Positions 1-8,867 of a stretch of DNA of 64,000 nucleotides are shown piece after piece. The notes below the pieces were generated by a model, which was not told the origin of the DNA, did no database searches, and saw only the letters and a list, made by a program, of their open reading frames with translations. The stretch is from an uncultured Candidatus Saccharibacteria bacterium (GTDB lineage: Bacteria > Patescibacteriota > Minisyncoccia > Phycocordibacterales > WO2-35-19). Position numbers and translations under genes: made by a program. Position 1 is the stretch's first letter; each line of letters starts with the position of its first letter. The stretch covers positions 99,693 to 163,692 of the forward strand of contig CAZVUY010000002.1 in assembly GCA_964630525.1 (NCBI GenBank). Reading direction: 5' to 3'.

Positions 1-61
1 TATTGCGGACGCCTACAGTAAATGGTCGAATAATTTCAAGGTAAGAGATCTGAAAAATATC

Positions 62-577
62 TTGATAATAGAATCAGTAGTTTTTCGAATGAACCAATCA
101 ATACCTTCAGGCGATTCTAAGAAGTTTTTAAGGATGTTAGAAGCAGCTATTTTACAACTAGAGAATTATTTCGAAGCAAGTATAAGAGACAAACACGGGT
201 GTTTTTCTTCTGATCCGATAGTAAGCACAAGTATTAGAAACTACGAGGATTTTCAAAAATTGAAAGACCTATACGTATCCAGAAAAATAATACCAATGAA
301 AGATTTTTGGGAAAATAACAAACAAAGTCTCGAGGCCCTACTCTCTTCTAAAAGTAATTATGATAAGTGCGGTAAAAGTGGCAAGGCAACTCTCGAAGTC
401 CTGGAAAAAATATTCTCCGAACCAGACCAATCGGAAAATTATAATAATAATCGTAAACTAGGCGACTCTATTGTGGCGGTAGATTGCCCTAAATCTTATA
501 CTCTTCTAACCACTGATCGTATATTTGAAGTTTTGTGTGGGTCGCTAGGGAAAAAACATATCGTTTTGGGTAAATAG
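62..577 (+). CDS. hypothetical protein; frame stays open to window start, so it may be 5'-partial
   Basis: ORF of 171 aa with no recognisable motifs; AT-rich; no stop in frame upstream to position 2. Confidence 0.3.
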   Translation: MIIESVVFRMNQSIPSGDSKKFLRMLEAAILQLENYFEASIRDKHGCFSSDPIVSTSIRNYEDFQKLKDLYVSRKIIPMKDFWENNKQSLEALLSSKSNYDKCGKSGKATLEVLEKIFSEPDQSENYNNNRKLGDSIVAVDCPKSYTLLTTDRIFEVLCGSLGKKHIVLGK

Positions 578-610
578 ATGTTACATATTTGGAAAGCAAT
601 TCATAATCTT

Positions 611-886
611 TTACTTGTCTAATACACGGCGTATTAAGATGGTAATGCCAATAGTGAGAATAATCACGCCAAACATTTTTTCATCAATATGGTAATCAGC
701 ATAACCACTTAAAGAAGGTAATTTTGGTAAACCTCCATTTTTTTCTGTTGGGCGAATTATATTATAAAAAAGAATCCATGATCCAATATTGATAAAAATA
801 TCCGGTAGGTATTTTTTGAGTAATTGTATTTTTTTCATATATTTTTTATTTTGCAAACCATTGCTTATACATAATAAACACAACAA
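611..886 (-). CDS. small membrane protein, about 2 TM, charged C-terminus (holin-like topology)
   Basis: Hydrophobic segments in translation; likely start at internal MKKIQLL. Confidence 0.25.
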   Translation of the reverse strand: MLCLLCISNGLQNKKYMKKIQLLKKYLPDIFINIGSWILFYNIIRPTEKNGGLPKLPSLSGYADYHIDEKMFGVIILTIGITILIRRVLDK

Positions 887-1157
887 AACCTGTAATCGGA
901 ATCAAAAATGTTATGACTGGATGGGTCAAAGAGGTATAGAGAAATAAAAAAAATATAGAACCAATAAAAACATAGAACAGTATGACAAGAACAATTATCC
1001 TAACCGCATGCCATTTTGAAGTTGGTTTTGTTCTAACCTCGGCAGGATTTATTATCCTTGAAGCAATCCTTTCTTCTGGGGTTAGATTTTCTTCCTTGAT
1101 CTCTTTCAACGCATCAATAACAAGCCCTTGCAATTCTTCTTTTCTCCTAGCTCTCAT
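846..1157 (-). CDS. small membrane protein
   Basis: Charged N-terminus followed by two hydrophobic helices. Confidence 0.25.
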   Translation of the reverse strand: MRARRKEELQGLVIDALKEIKEENLTPEERIASRIINPAEVRTKPTSKWHAVRIIVLVILFYVFIGSIFFLFLYTSLTHPVITFLIPITGFVVFIMYKQWFAK

Positions 1158-1482
1158 AGATCAGGGTTAGAGAGAGTAGATAAATCAGAGAGAAAGTAAT
1201 TCCCAAAGTAAGACAAATCAGATATAAAATACGATCCTTTTTGAGAATAGAAGTTTTGTAGGACCGGAAACCATTGATAATTACAGTGATGAAAAATAGA
1301 GGCGGAACCAGGTATATAAGCCAAAATGAAGAAGAGTGTATCTTAGCTCCTAAAGTGTATCCTAGAGCCAAATCTGGGCTTTTAGAGGCAATGTAAAACC
1401 ATAGTTTAGTAATGCCGGGGAATAGGACGAATGGCGCTAGAAGTAGAAGTACCAATTGAACCTGTTTATACGTTCTTTCCAT
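1147..1482 (-). CDS. membrane protein, about 4 TM
   Basis: Four hydrophobic stretches; contiguous with the two preceding small ORFs on the same strand. Confidence 0.25.
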   Translation of the reverse strand: MERTYKQVQLVLLLLAPFVLFPGITKLWFYIASKSPDLALGYTLGAKIHSSSFWLIYLVPPLFFITVIINGFRSYKTSILKKDRILYLICLTLGITFSLIYLLSLTLIYES

Positions 1483-1485
1483 GTT

Positions 1486-1622
1486 ATTGATCGTGATTTA
1501 CTAATAAACACAAAGCCCGCCGCTAGGAAGGTCCGAAGACCTCTATGGAGTTTCCCCCATAACACGATCAATGCCCTAACGACGGGTTCTCTATCATTGA
1601 TCGTGATTTACTTGGACCATGC
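1486..1622. repeat. pair of perfect 17-nt direct repeats ATTGATCGTGATTTACT (1486-1502 and 1606-1622) flanking a GC-richer ~100-nt spacer
   Basis: Read directly from the sequence; lies in the 5' part of the 1456 ORF, which is therefore probably not coding here. Confidence 0.8.
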
Positions 1623-1701
1623 CGTTTCCGGTTTAGGTCCTGCCCTCGCGGGCTATTCGGTTGTTATTGCAATAATACCAAGTTTGGAGGAATATAGGAA
1701 T

Positions 1702-2394
1702 ATGGGGCTGGATAGAGAAAAGTCAAAAAGAGTTCGGGCAATACAAGAAAAATACGGCAATCTGCTTTTGAAACTGGATGGATTTATAAGAACAAATAAT
1801 CTGATGCCAGTAGATCTATTTACTCAATACAAGGAGATTGTTGATGAATATAACGATTTGGACAAAAACGTCTCGGAAATACTTTCATCCGACCCGTCCT
1901 ACTCTCATTACTATACGGAATGGTGGCTTTATTCTTTAGAACTTCAAGAAATCACCTCGCCTAACAATTTCAAAAGAGATCAGAACACTAGATTGCAAAA
2001 TCTCATGGTTATAAAAAGCAATCTCGTAAAAAAGCTGCCGATATTTAGCAGATTTATTGAGAAAAATGTAGTCGGGAATGTTAGAAATATTGAAAGGTAC
2101 GATTTACAGAAAGGAGTTTTTTATTTCGGCAATTTGGAAATACTAATGGAAAGAGGTCTTGGCAGCATGATGGATACATTTTTGGAAGAACCGAGGCGAA
2201 TAAAGAATGGCAAACTAACACAAGGGGGCACTCCAATAAAAAGAACAGATTTAGAAAATGTCGGTGGCTATAAGAACGAAGCTTCATTTAGAAGGGCTTT
2301 AGGAAAATTACGCGAAATAATAAAAGAAAATAAGCTGCCAATGGCAATCTTAAATCCGCAGACAAATCACTACTTGCTTCAAATTGATGGGTAG
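1702..2394 (+). CDS. hypothetical protein; start placed at internal Met downstream of the direct repeats
   Basis: Long ORF 1456-2394; no recognisable domain. Confidence 0.3.
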   Translation: MGLDREKSKRVRAIQEKYGNLLLKLDGFIRTNNLMPVDLFTQYKEIVDEYNDLDKNVSEILSSDPSYSHYYTEWWLYSLELQEITSPNNFKRDQNTRLQNLMVIKSNLVKKLPIFSRFIEKNVVGNVRNIERYDLQKGVFYFGNLEILMERGLGSMMDTFLEEPRRIKNGKLTQGGTPIKRTDLENVGGYKNEASFRRALGKLREIIKENKLPMAILNPQTNHYLLQIDG

Positions 2395-2682
2395 GACTTT
2401 TTGATACTTTTTGATTTTGTAAAAACTATATAACTGAACATCTTTGTAAAAAATATCAATCAGCCCAATATACAAGGGCTTCTTAGACGAAGAAAATGGG
2501 TGTGTGAACTCGCAAGAAAACACACTTAACGACGAAGATATATCTCTGCTCGCAGACATTTTTGACTTGCTTGCGCAGGGAGATTTTGAAGACCAAAAAA
2601 TAAACATATCGGATCTCAACAAGGACTCTACCGGACCAGCCCCGGAAGGGTCCTTGTTGGTATCTGAATAAAAGCAAAATCT

Positions 2683-3054
2683 ATGTGGCTGGATAGATCT
2701 AAAAAAATATGTGAGAAAGGCAATTGGTTTCCAATACCTTATGAGTTGGTAGATGAGTATGCAAAAGAGGTAAAGACCGGCCCTTTTTCAATCTATATTT
2801 GTTTATTAAGGCATAGGAACGAAAAAGATGATTTTTCTTTCCCATCCCAAAAACTTATAGCCAAAAAACTCGGTATCAGTAACAGAACGGTAATCAAATA
2901 CTTAAAGGTTTTAGAACAGCTAGGGTGGATTAAGACCGCAAAAAAACGCGAACACAATGGGACCAGGAGGAAAAACCGCTACTTCTTTACCAAACCCAGT
3001 TTATGGAAAAAGCGATTAGACCAGGTGAAAGATAAGTCGCCTCCATGTGAATAA
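2683..3054 (+). CDS. winged-helix/HTH DNA-binding protein (replication-initiator or DnaD-like N-terminal type), element-associated
   Basis: Motif LIAKKLGISNRTVIKYLKVLEQLGWI typical of wHTH DNA-binding domains; basic C-terminus; sits directly upstream of the recombinase. Confidence 0.4.
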   Translation: MWLDRSKKICEKGNWFPIPYELVDEYAKEVKTGPFSIYICLLRHRNEKDDFSFPSQKLIAKKLGISNRTVIKYLKVLEQLGWIKTAKKREHNGTRRKNRYFFTKPSLWKKRLDQVKDKSPPCE

Positions 3055-3124
3055 TATTCACCTACATTGGTGACGGATATTCACTGTAAATATATAAATT
3101 ATAAAAATATAAAAAATAAATAAT

Positions 3125-4855
3125 ATGGAAACTTCTACAAAAACAAGCAACAATGATAAAATAATTGAAATGAATAACAAAGCAGTAATTTATTGCAGAG
3201 TATCATCCAAAGAGCAGGAAGAAACCGGCTATTCATTGCCGGCACAGGAAAAACTACTTACTGAATATGCTCAAAAAAGAGGTTTGGATATAGTAAAGAT
3301 ATTTTCTATATCTGAATCAGCAAGTGGTGCAAAGCAGCGGCAAGTATTCTATGAAATGATGAGCTTTTTGGGGAATAAAAACATCCCTCATCTGTTATGC
3401 GAAAAAGTAGATCGCATTACTCGTAATATGAAAGATGCGGTAGTAATAAATGATTGGATTGAAGATGATGCAGAAAGACAAATCCACTTCATAAAACAGA
3501 ATCTTGTAATTCATAAGAATGCAAAGTCAGACGAGAAGTTTCGCTGGGATATTGAAATTGTCCTAGCCAAAAAATATATCGCAAACCTATCGGAGGAAGT
3601 GAAAAAAGGACAAGCAGAAAAAATTAGGCAGGGATGGCTACCAACAAGACCACCCATCGGGTATAGGACTGTCGGAGAAAAAGGCCATAAAACTCATGTG
3701 ATTGATGAAAATACAGCTCCACTCATAAGGAAAGCTTTTGAGTTGTATGCCACTGGCAATTATTCTATGAAGCGACTAGCTGATGAGTTGTATAAAGACG
3801 GCCTCCGAACGAAATTAGGAAAGAAGCCGGCCAAAAGCAGGATTGAAGATATTCTCAAAGAGCCATTTTATTATGGTGCGATCAGGTGGAATGATGTGCT
3901 TCACAACAATGGCGCCCATAAGCCGATTATAACCAAAGAGTTGTTTGATAAGGTTACAGAGGTCCGGACAAGGGGTGATACTCCAAAATATCAGAGGCAT
4001 CAGTTCACCTTTCGTAAACTTCTAAGATGCAAGGAGTGTGATGGCACGATCACGGCCGAGATTCAAAAAGGAATTATTTACTATCACTGCACTCATTACA
4101 AAGGTTGCACTCAAAATAAATACACCCCAGAGAAGCAAATAGAGGAAAAATTATTAGGTGTATTTAAGTTTTTTGAGAATATAACTCCGGGAGAGGCAGA
4201 GCGTATCAAGGATAAAATAAAGGCCAATCACGCTGTTGAGATTGAATACAAGGAAAACACCATAAAGTCCCTCAACGAGCGGTATAGCCACTTACAGAGG
4301 CGCGTAGACCAGTTATATGACGATAGGTTGGACCATATAATCACCAACGAGCATTGGGAGAGAAAGCAGAAGGAGATAAACGACGAGCAGGCAGTAATCA
4401 GAGATCAGTTGGCCCAACTCAAAAGTGAGGAAACGAAATATTTTGAAATCTGGCTCAATATCTTGGACCTTGCTAGGAGGGCAAGAGAGATATACCAAAA
4501 GAGAAGCCCGGAACAGCGTAGGACCCTTATAAAGTATATTTTTCAAACCCTTATGCTAAAAGATGGAGAAACCGAATCCACCCTAAAGCCGACTATTGAA
4601 AAAATAGCCAAAAGAGTGCAACAGAAGCTAGATCAAGAAAAGATTTTCGAACAGACACAAAAAACCGCTAAAAGCACTGCTTCTAGCGACTCTTTGCGTT
4701 CTTCAAAACCAAATAATCCGTTAGAACTTTCGGAGGGTCAAAATAATTTTCGAACCTCAAAAAAGCTCTCTGTTAAGGCACGACACAGTGATTTGCACAC
4801 TGCTTCACGCCCTCTGCTCCGGGAGCAGGGATCGAACCTGCGACCAATCGCTTAA
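3125..4855 (+). CDS. large serine recombinase (resolvase/invertase catalytic domain, recombinase domain, zinc ribbon, coiled coil)
   Basis: N-terminal VIYCRVSSKEQ with catalytic Ser; recombinase domain; zinc ribbon CKECDG...HC; long coiled-coil tail; the ORF ends inside tRNA-Asn. Confidence 0.85.
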   Translation: METSTKTSNNDKIIEMNNKAVIYCRVSSKEQEETGYSLPAQEKLLTEYAQKRGLDIVKIFSISESASGAKQRQVFYEMMSFLGNKNIPHLLCEKVDRITRNMKDAVVINDWIEDDAERQIHFIKQNLVIHKNAKSDEKFRWDIEIVLAKKYIANLSEEVKKGQAEKIRQGWLPTRPPIGYRTVGEKGHKTHVIDENTAPLIRKAFELYATGNYSMKRLADELYKDGLRTKLGKKPAKSRIEDILKEPFYYGAIRWNDVLHNNGAHKPIITKELFDKVTEVRTRGDTPKYQRHQFTFRKLLRCKECDGTITAEIQKGIIYYHCTHYKGCTQNKYTPEKQIEEKLLGVFKFFENITPGEAERIKDKIKANHAVEIEYKENTIKSLNERYSHLQRRVDQLYDDRLDHIITNEHWERKQKEINDEQAVIRDQLAQLKSEETKYFEIWLNILDLARRAREIYQKRSPEQRRTLIKYIFQTLMLKDGETESTLKPTIEKIAKRVQQKLDQEKIFEQTQKTAKSTASSDSLRSSKPNNPLELSEGQNNFRTSKKLSVKARHSDLHTASRPLLREQGSNLRPIA

Positions 4856-4888
4856 CAGGCGACTGCTCTACCGCTGAGCTATCCCGGA
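4817..4888 (-). tRNA. tRNA-Asn (anticodon GTT)
   Basis: Manually folded cloverleaf: perfect 7-bp acceptor TCCGGGA/TCCCGGA, D-arm GCTC-AGCGGTA-GAGC, anticodon loop CTGTTAA, T-loop TTCGATC. Confidence 0.85.
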
Positions 4889-5094
4889 ATATTTAAATTG
4901 TAACAAACATTTTTCCGTGATATCTATCCTTGAGTAGTCGCCTGGACAGGCGCCCTCCTTACAGGAGCTGTCTACTCATTGGATTTTTTGCTTTGCGAAG
5001 CTTGCAAAAATTCTCAATGAGTCTTGCAGTTGGGTCCCATCCCAACTTCACTCCACCGCTGAGCTATCCCGGAATATTTAAATTTGTAACAAAG
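4871..5094. repeat. ~38-bp direct repeat (4871-4908 and 5056-5094, one mismatch) duplicating the tRNA-Asn 5' end plus upstream flank; the second copy is a degenerate tRNA fragment
   Basis: CCGCTGAGCTATCCCGGAATATTTAAAT(T)GTAACAAA appears twice about 185 bp apart. Confidence 0.8.
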
Positions 5095-5292
5095 GTTCTC
5101 CTTTTTAAGAGAACAGGTTCATTCTACCAAAGATTTTGGGCTGTGCAATCTAAAAAATATTCGGTATTGACACAAGCCGATTAAGTAGTGTATAATTGGG
5201 GAGAATATTTTGTGGTAGGGTTGGGGATAGAGCGATGCGTTGCTTTGTACCCCTGTTATAATAGAAACATTAAGATACTAGCTAAAATTTAA

Positions 5293-5937
5293 ATGAAAAA
5301 TTATTTGAATCTAATCAGTTTGCTCGCATTGTTTTTTGTTTTTGGGTCGGTAGCTGAAGCGGCTTTTTTCGAAACCCCACTTGGTACTGGGGCAAACAAT
5401 CCAAAGACCGAGGTTCTCAAACTTCAGCAATTCCTTTTTGATAGAGGTTTTTTGAAAGTTGCTCCTACTGGCAATTATCTCGGTTTGACCACTGTCGCAG
5501 TAAAGGCTTTCCAAAATTCGCAAGGCATTGAAACCACTGGTTTCTTTGGTCCATTGAGTCGAGCAGCTGCCAACAAAATATTGGCTAACGCTGATATTTC
5601 TGAAGTATCTTCTTTTTCCGTTGGTCCCATCAAGGGTAGCAATCTGGTGGCTAGTGTGGCACTCTCTAATACCAGGGAAATAAAATGGGAGACAAAAAAC
5701 TATCCAGACAACGTGGGTGTAAACATAAATCTACTTCGCAAGATCTCTGACAATCCTACTGAATATGTGTTAGTTAGACAGATCGCCAAAGATACCCCCA
5801 ATGATGGTATTGAAATCTGGACGCCGGTAGTTAGCGATGGTGACAAGAGCTCGCTTTTTATTGAAGTTACTTGCTCAACCACCTATGCTTTTAGTGGCGA
5901 ATGCCGTTTTTCTGGTAAAACTCTAAAGGCTTTCTAA
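5293..5937 (+). CDS. secreted protein with N-terminal peptidoglycan-binding (PG_binding_1-like) domain
   Basis: Signal peptide; motif LKLQQFLFDRGFL...GNYLGLTTVAVKAFQNSQGIETTGFFGPLS; near-consensus TTGACA-N18-TATAAT promoter at 5167-5198. Confidence 0.6.
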   Translation: MKNYLNLISLLALFFVFGSVAEAAFFETPLGTGANNPKTEVLKLQQFLFDRGFLKVAPTGNYLGLTTVAVKAFQNSQGIETTGFFGPLSRAAANKILANADISEVSSFSVGPIKGSNLVASVALSNTREIKWETKNYPDNVGVNINLLRKISDNPTEYVLVRQIAKDTPNDGIEIWTPVVSDGDKSSLFIEVTCSTTYAFSGECRFSGKTLKAF

Positions 5938-5949
5938 CTCAGGTATTCT

Positions 5950-6855
5950 TTGTTAAAATCAACGAGCAGCTTATATAAGCTGCTCGTTGATTTTTTTATG
6001 AAATTTAGTCTGAAAACAAATCTTTATCCGATCATAGCGCTTGTTTTGGTAGCTGCTTGCGCAGCAGTTGGTTACTTCTACTACCAAAACTCTTTAGAAC
6101 TCACTTCGACCAAAGTAGAGTTGCTCAACACGAAAACTGATCTGGATCAGCTGGTCGAACAAAACATGATTTTGCAAACAGAGCTCGAAGCTGAAAAATA
6201 CAAAAACAGTATTTTTAGCGGCCAGATTAGTGAAATCGCTGGAACAGTGGGGACACTCAATAAGTTGGCTAAGACCGACCGAGAACTGTTGCAAAAATAT
6301 TCGAAGGTTTATTTTTTGAATGAACACTATGTACCTGATGACCTGGTAGAGATTCCACCTGATTATATCTATGAGAGTGGCAAAAAAATTCAATTTCATG
6401 CCAAGGCTTATCCTTATTTACAAAAACTTTTGGTTGATGCCAAGAACGCTGGTTTTGAAATTAAAATTATATCCGCCTACCGTTCTTTTGGTGAACAAGG
6501 GGTATTAAAAAATGGGTATATGGTCAACTATGGCAGCGGTGCCAATCGTTTTTCGGCCGACCAAGGTTATTCTGAACACCAGCTGGGGACCGCGCTCGAT
6601 TTCACTACCCCAGCACTAGGAGCCGGTTTTACTAGTTTCGCCAAAACCGAGGCTTATAGCTGGCTGCAAGCCAATGCGTACAAATATGGTTTCGTTATCT
6701 CCTACCCAGAAGACAATACTTATTATCAATTTGAACCTTGGCATTGGCGTTTCGTCGGGGTGAGTCTCGCCACGATGCTTCATGAGGAAAAACAAAACTT
6801 TTATGACGTTCTTCAGAGCAAAATAGATGCTTATTTGATCAAGATTTTTGATTAA
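5950..6855 (+). CDS. membrane-anchored M15B (VanY-type) D-alanyl-D-alanine carboxypeptidase
   Basis: N-terminal TM and coiled coil; M15 motifs ISAYRSFGEQ, SEHQLGTALDF, EPWHWRF. Confidence 0.8.
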   Translation: MLKSTSSLYKLLVDFFMKFSLKTNLYPIIALVLVAACAAVGYFYYQNSLELTSTKVELLNTKTDLDQLVEQNMILQTELEAEKYKNSIFSGQISEIAGTVGTLNKLAKTDRELLQKYSKVYFLNEHYVPDDLVEIPPDYIYESGKKIQFHAKAYPYLQKLLVDAKNAGFEIKIISAYRSFGEQGVLKNGYMVNYGSGANRFSADQGYSEHQLGTALDFTTPALGAGFTSFAKTEAYSWLQANAYKYGFVISYPEDNTYYQFEPWHWRFVGVSLATMLHEEKQNFYDVLQSKIDAYLIKIFD

Positions 6856-6961
6856 ATCAAGGGTGGTCTGACTTGGCGCCAAGATTTTTCGGAGTTATAA
6901 TATAATAAATCCCATTGTGAGCGGGTTACTGAGGGGGATATTATAATTAATTTTCAACCGT

Positions 6962-7369
6962 ATGAAAATTAACACCAAGGCCACCAATATCAGCCTAACC
7001 CCAGCCATCTCAGACTATGTTGAAAAGAAAATCAGTTTACTAGAAAAGTTTTTCAAGAATCCGGGTGAAGTTTTGATCAACGTGGAAGTCGGTAAGACTA
7101 CCAAGCATCACAAGTCAGGCAATGTCTTTTTGGCAGAAATACATATTGTCGCTGATGGAGAAGAATATTATGCGACCACCGAAACCGAAGATTTGTATGC
7201 GGCGATCGATCTAGTCAAAGATGATATCGCAAGAGAAATGACCTCGAGAAGGAAGAAGGCGATCCGCATGTTGCGTCGCGGCGGTGCTCATCTCAAAAAT
7301 ATACTGCGCGGTATTGTCGATATCAGAGACCGCAGCTGGAAAAGGATCAAAAATTTTAGAAAGAAGTAG
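6962..7369 (+). CDS. hpf: ribosome hibernation promoting factor / RaiA family
   Basis: HPF/YfiA-like sequence INVEVGKTTKHHKSGNVFLAEIHI... Confidence 0.85.
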   Translation: MKINTKATNISLTPAISDYVEKKISLLEKFFKNPGEVLINVEVGKTTKHHKSGNVFLAEIHIVADGEEYYATTETEDLYAAIDLVKDDIAREMTSRRKKAIRMLRRGGAHLKNILRGIVDIRDRSWKRIKNFRKK

Positions 7370-8222
7370 ATCGGTTTTGTCCACGCAAGAAATCTTCGTA
7401 AGGCATTTCTTTCTTGCCTTCGGGGATCACTCTTTCAATTTTTAGTTTTGAATCTTCTATACAAGCTTTTTTTATAAGGACTCTTTTATTTCCTTGAAAA
7501 AAGTAGGTGCCAGGCCAACCTTCCAGGGCCCTGATTTTGAGTAGGTTTTGGTGAGGATCGTCCTGGAGGTCTATTTGCCCGTCTTCTTTTTTGATTTTTT
7601 TACAATAGGTAGCCAACTCTTCGTTCTGAGGAATAGGGTCGATAACTCCTTCCAACCATTCGGGTAAGATATGAGCGAAAAGGCGAGCACCTTCGATTGC
7701 CAGGGTCCTTTCTAGCTCCTTCCTAGATTCTAGTTGCTGGCTTCTAGCTACTGGTTTTTTAGCTACTACTGGTCCTTCATCCATTCCTTCGGTTATAACC
7801 ATGATGCTCACTCCAATTCCTTTTTCATCATTTAAGATTTGGCTTTGGATTGGAGAGGCACCGCGGTATTTGGGCAAGAGAGAGGGGTGGATGTTTAGCG
7901 TTTTCTTTGCCGGGATTTCAAAAATTTCTTTAGGAATTATTTTGCCATAAGAGGCGACCAGGAAAAGTTGAGAGCTGAGAGCTTGGAGCTTAGAGACAAG
8001 ATCCGGATTATTTTTTAAAGAAGATGGATCCAATACTTCTATACCATTTTCCTTTGCCCAAACTTTGACTATATTGGGGGTGAGGATCAGCTTGCGACCT
8101 TGGGGTTTGTCGGGAGCGGTTACTATCAAAGTGGGCACTAGGTGGTGCAACTTTAGTTCGTCGAGTACTTGGACGGAAAATTCGGAAGAGCCGAAGAATA
8201 CAAATCTTGAATTTTGAATCAT
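7356..8222 (-). CDS. fmt: methionyl-tRNA formyltransferase
   Basis: N-terminal FFGSSEF and HPSLLPKYRGASPIQ motifs; def-fmt synteny. Confidence 0.9.
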   Translation of the reverse strand: MIQNSRFVFFGSSEFSVQVLDELKLHHLVPTLIVTAPDKPQGRKLILTPNIVKVWAKENGIEVLDPSSLKNNPDLVSKLQALSSQLFLVASYGKIIPKEIFEIPAKKTLNIHPSLLPKYRGASPIQSQILNDEKGIGVSIMVITEGMDEGPVVAKKPVARSQQLESRKELERTLAIEGARLFAHILPEWLEGVIDPIPQNEELATYCKKIKKEDGQIDLQDDPHQNLLKIRALEGWPGTYFFQGNKRVLIKKACIEDSKLKIERVIPEGKKEMPYEDFLRGQNRSTSF

Positions 8223-8264
8223 GAATCATGAATCATGCATTTTGCATCATTCATAATCCTTAAC

Positions 8265-8828
8265 TCAAACTTCTTTTTGGGGCGGGATTTCTTTTAGATC
8301 GCTCGCTTTGTCTATAAAGAGGATACCATTTAGATGATCGATTTCGTGTTGAAAAATCTGAGAGAGAATACCAGAACCACCAAAGGTGAAAGGTTGGCCT
8401 TGCTCATCATATGCTTTGACGAGGGTTTTGATTGGTCGTTCGACCTTGCCATAAAGCCATCTGACTGATAGGCAACCCTCCTCGACTGGCTCCTTTCTTT
8501 TGGAAGTTTTGATGATGGTGGGGTTGATGAAAACTAGATCTTTGTATTCTGGCTTATCCTTGGCAAACTCGTCCAGGTTTTCCCTTTTTGATTTGCTCCT
8601 ACTTTTTTCTTCGGCTATCAAATCAAAGACTCTTTTTGAGACCACAAAAATCCGCAGACTTTCACCGATCTGGGGGGCAGCGATCGCCACTCCGTCTTCT
8701 TCTTTATCCAGAGCTTTGATCATCCTTCTGATGATCGTGTCTATTTTTTGGCTCCTGATTTCTTCTAAGGGTACTTCTAAGGCCACTTTTCTAAGCACCC
8801 GATCGCCTTTTTGGACAATTTCACTCAT
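8265..8828 (-). CDS. def: peptide deformylase, with a charged insertion
   Basis: Motifs GxGxAAxQ-like IAAPQIG, EGCLS, QHEIDHLNG. Confidence 0.9.
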   Translation of the reverse strand: MSEIVQKGDRVLRKVALEVPLEEIRSQKIDTIIRRMIKALDKEEDGVAIAAPQIGESLRIFVVSKRVFDLIAEEKSRSKSKRENLDEFAKDKPEYKDLVFINPTIIKTSKRKEPVEEGCLSVRWLYGKVERPIKTLVKAYDEQGQPFTFGGSGILSQIFQHEIDHLNGILFIDKASDLKEIPPQKEV

Positions 8829-8867
8829 ATTTTCAATTTAACATGGTTTTACCCTATAACAAAGAGC

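Larger units (their letters stand above)
1..4888. mobile_element. candidate integrative element or remnant: AT-rich block with a large serine recombinase abutting the tRNA-Asn 3' end; left boundary not in the window or not identified
   Basis: Lower GC than core genes; all ORFs hypothetical except recombinase and wHTH protein; recombinase 3' end overlaps the tRNA; direct repeats nearby. Confidence 0.45.

Noticed and set aside
1456-1701. N-terminal 82 codons of the 312-aa ORF
   Set aside because: This stretch contains both 17-nt direct repeats and a GC-shifted spacer. The coding region more plausibly starts at the internal Met near 1702.
4930-5184. 84-aa ORF beside tRNA-Asn
   Set aside because: It runs through the degenerate tRNA duplicate and the repeat B region, has no coding signal, and is probably non-coding.
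8216-8236. Tandem heptamer (GAATCAT)x3 at the fmt start, considered as a slipped-strand phase-variation switch
   Set aside because: The fmt ATG lies in the repeat copy nearest the gene. Copy-number changes in the upstream copies would not alter its frame. It is most likely an incidental AT-rich repeat in the def-fmt junction.
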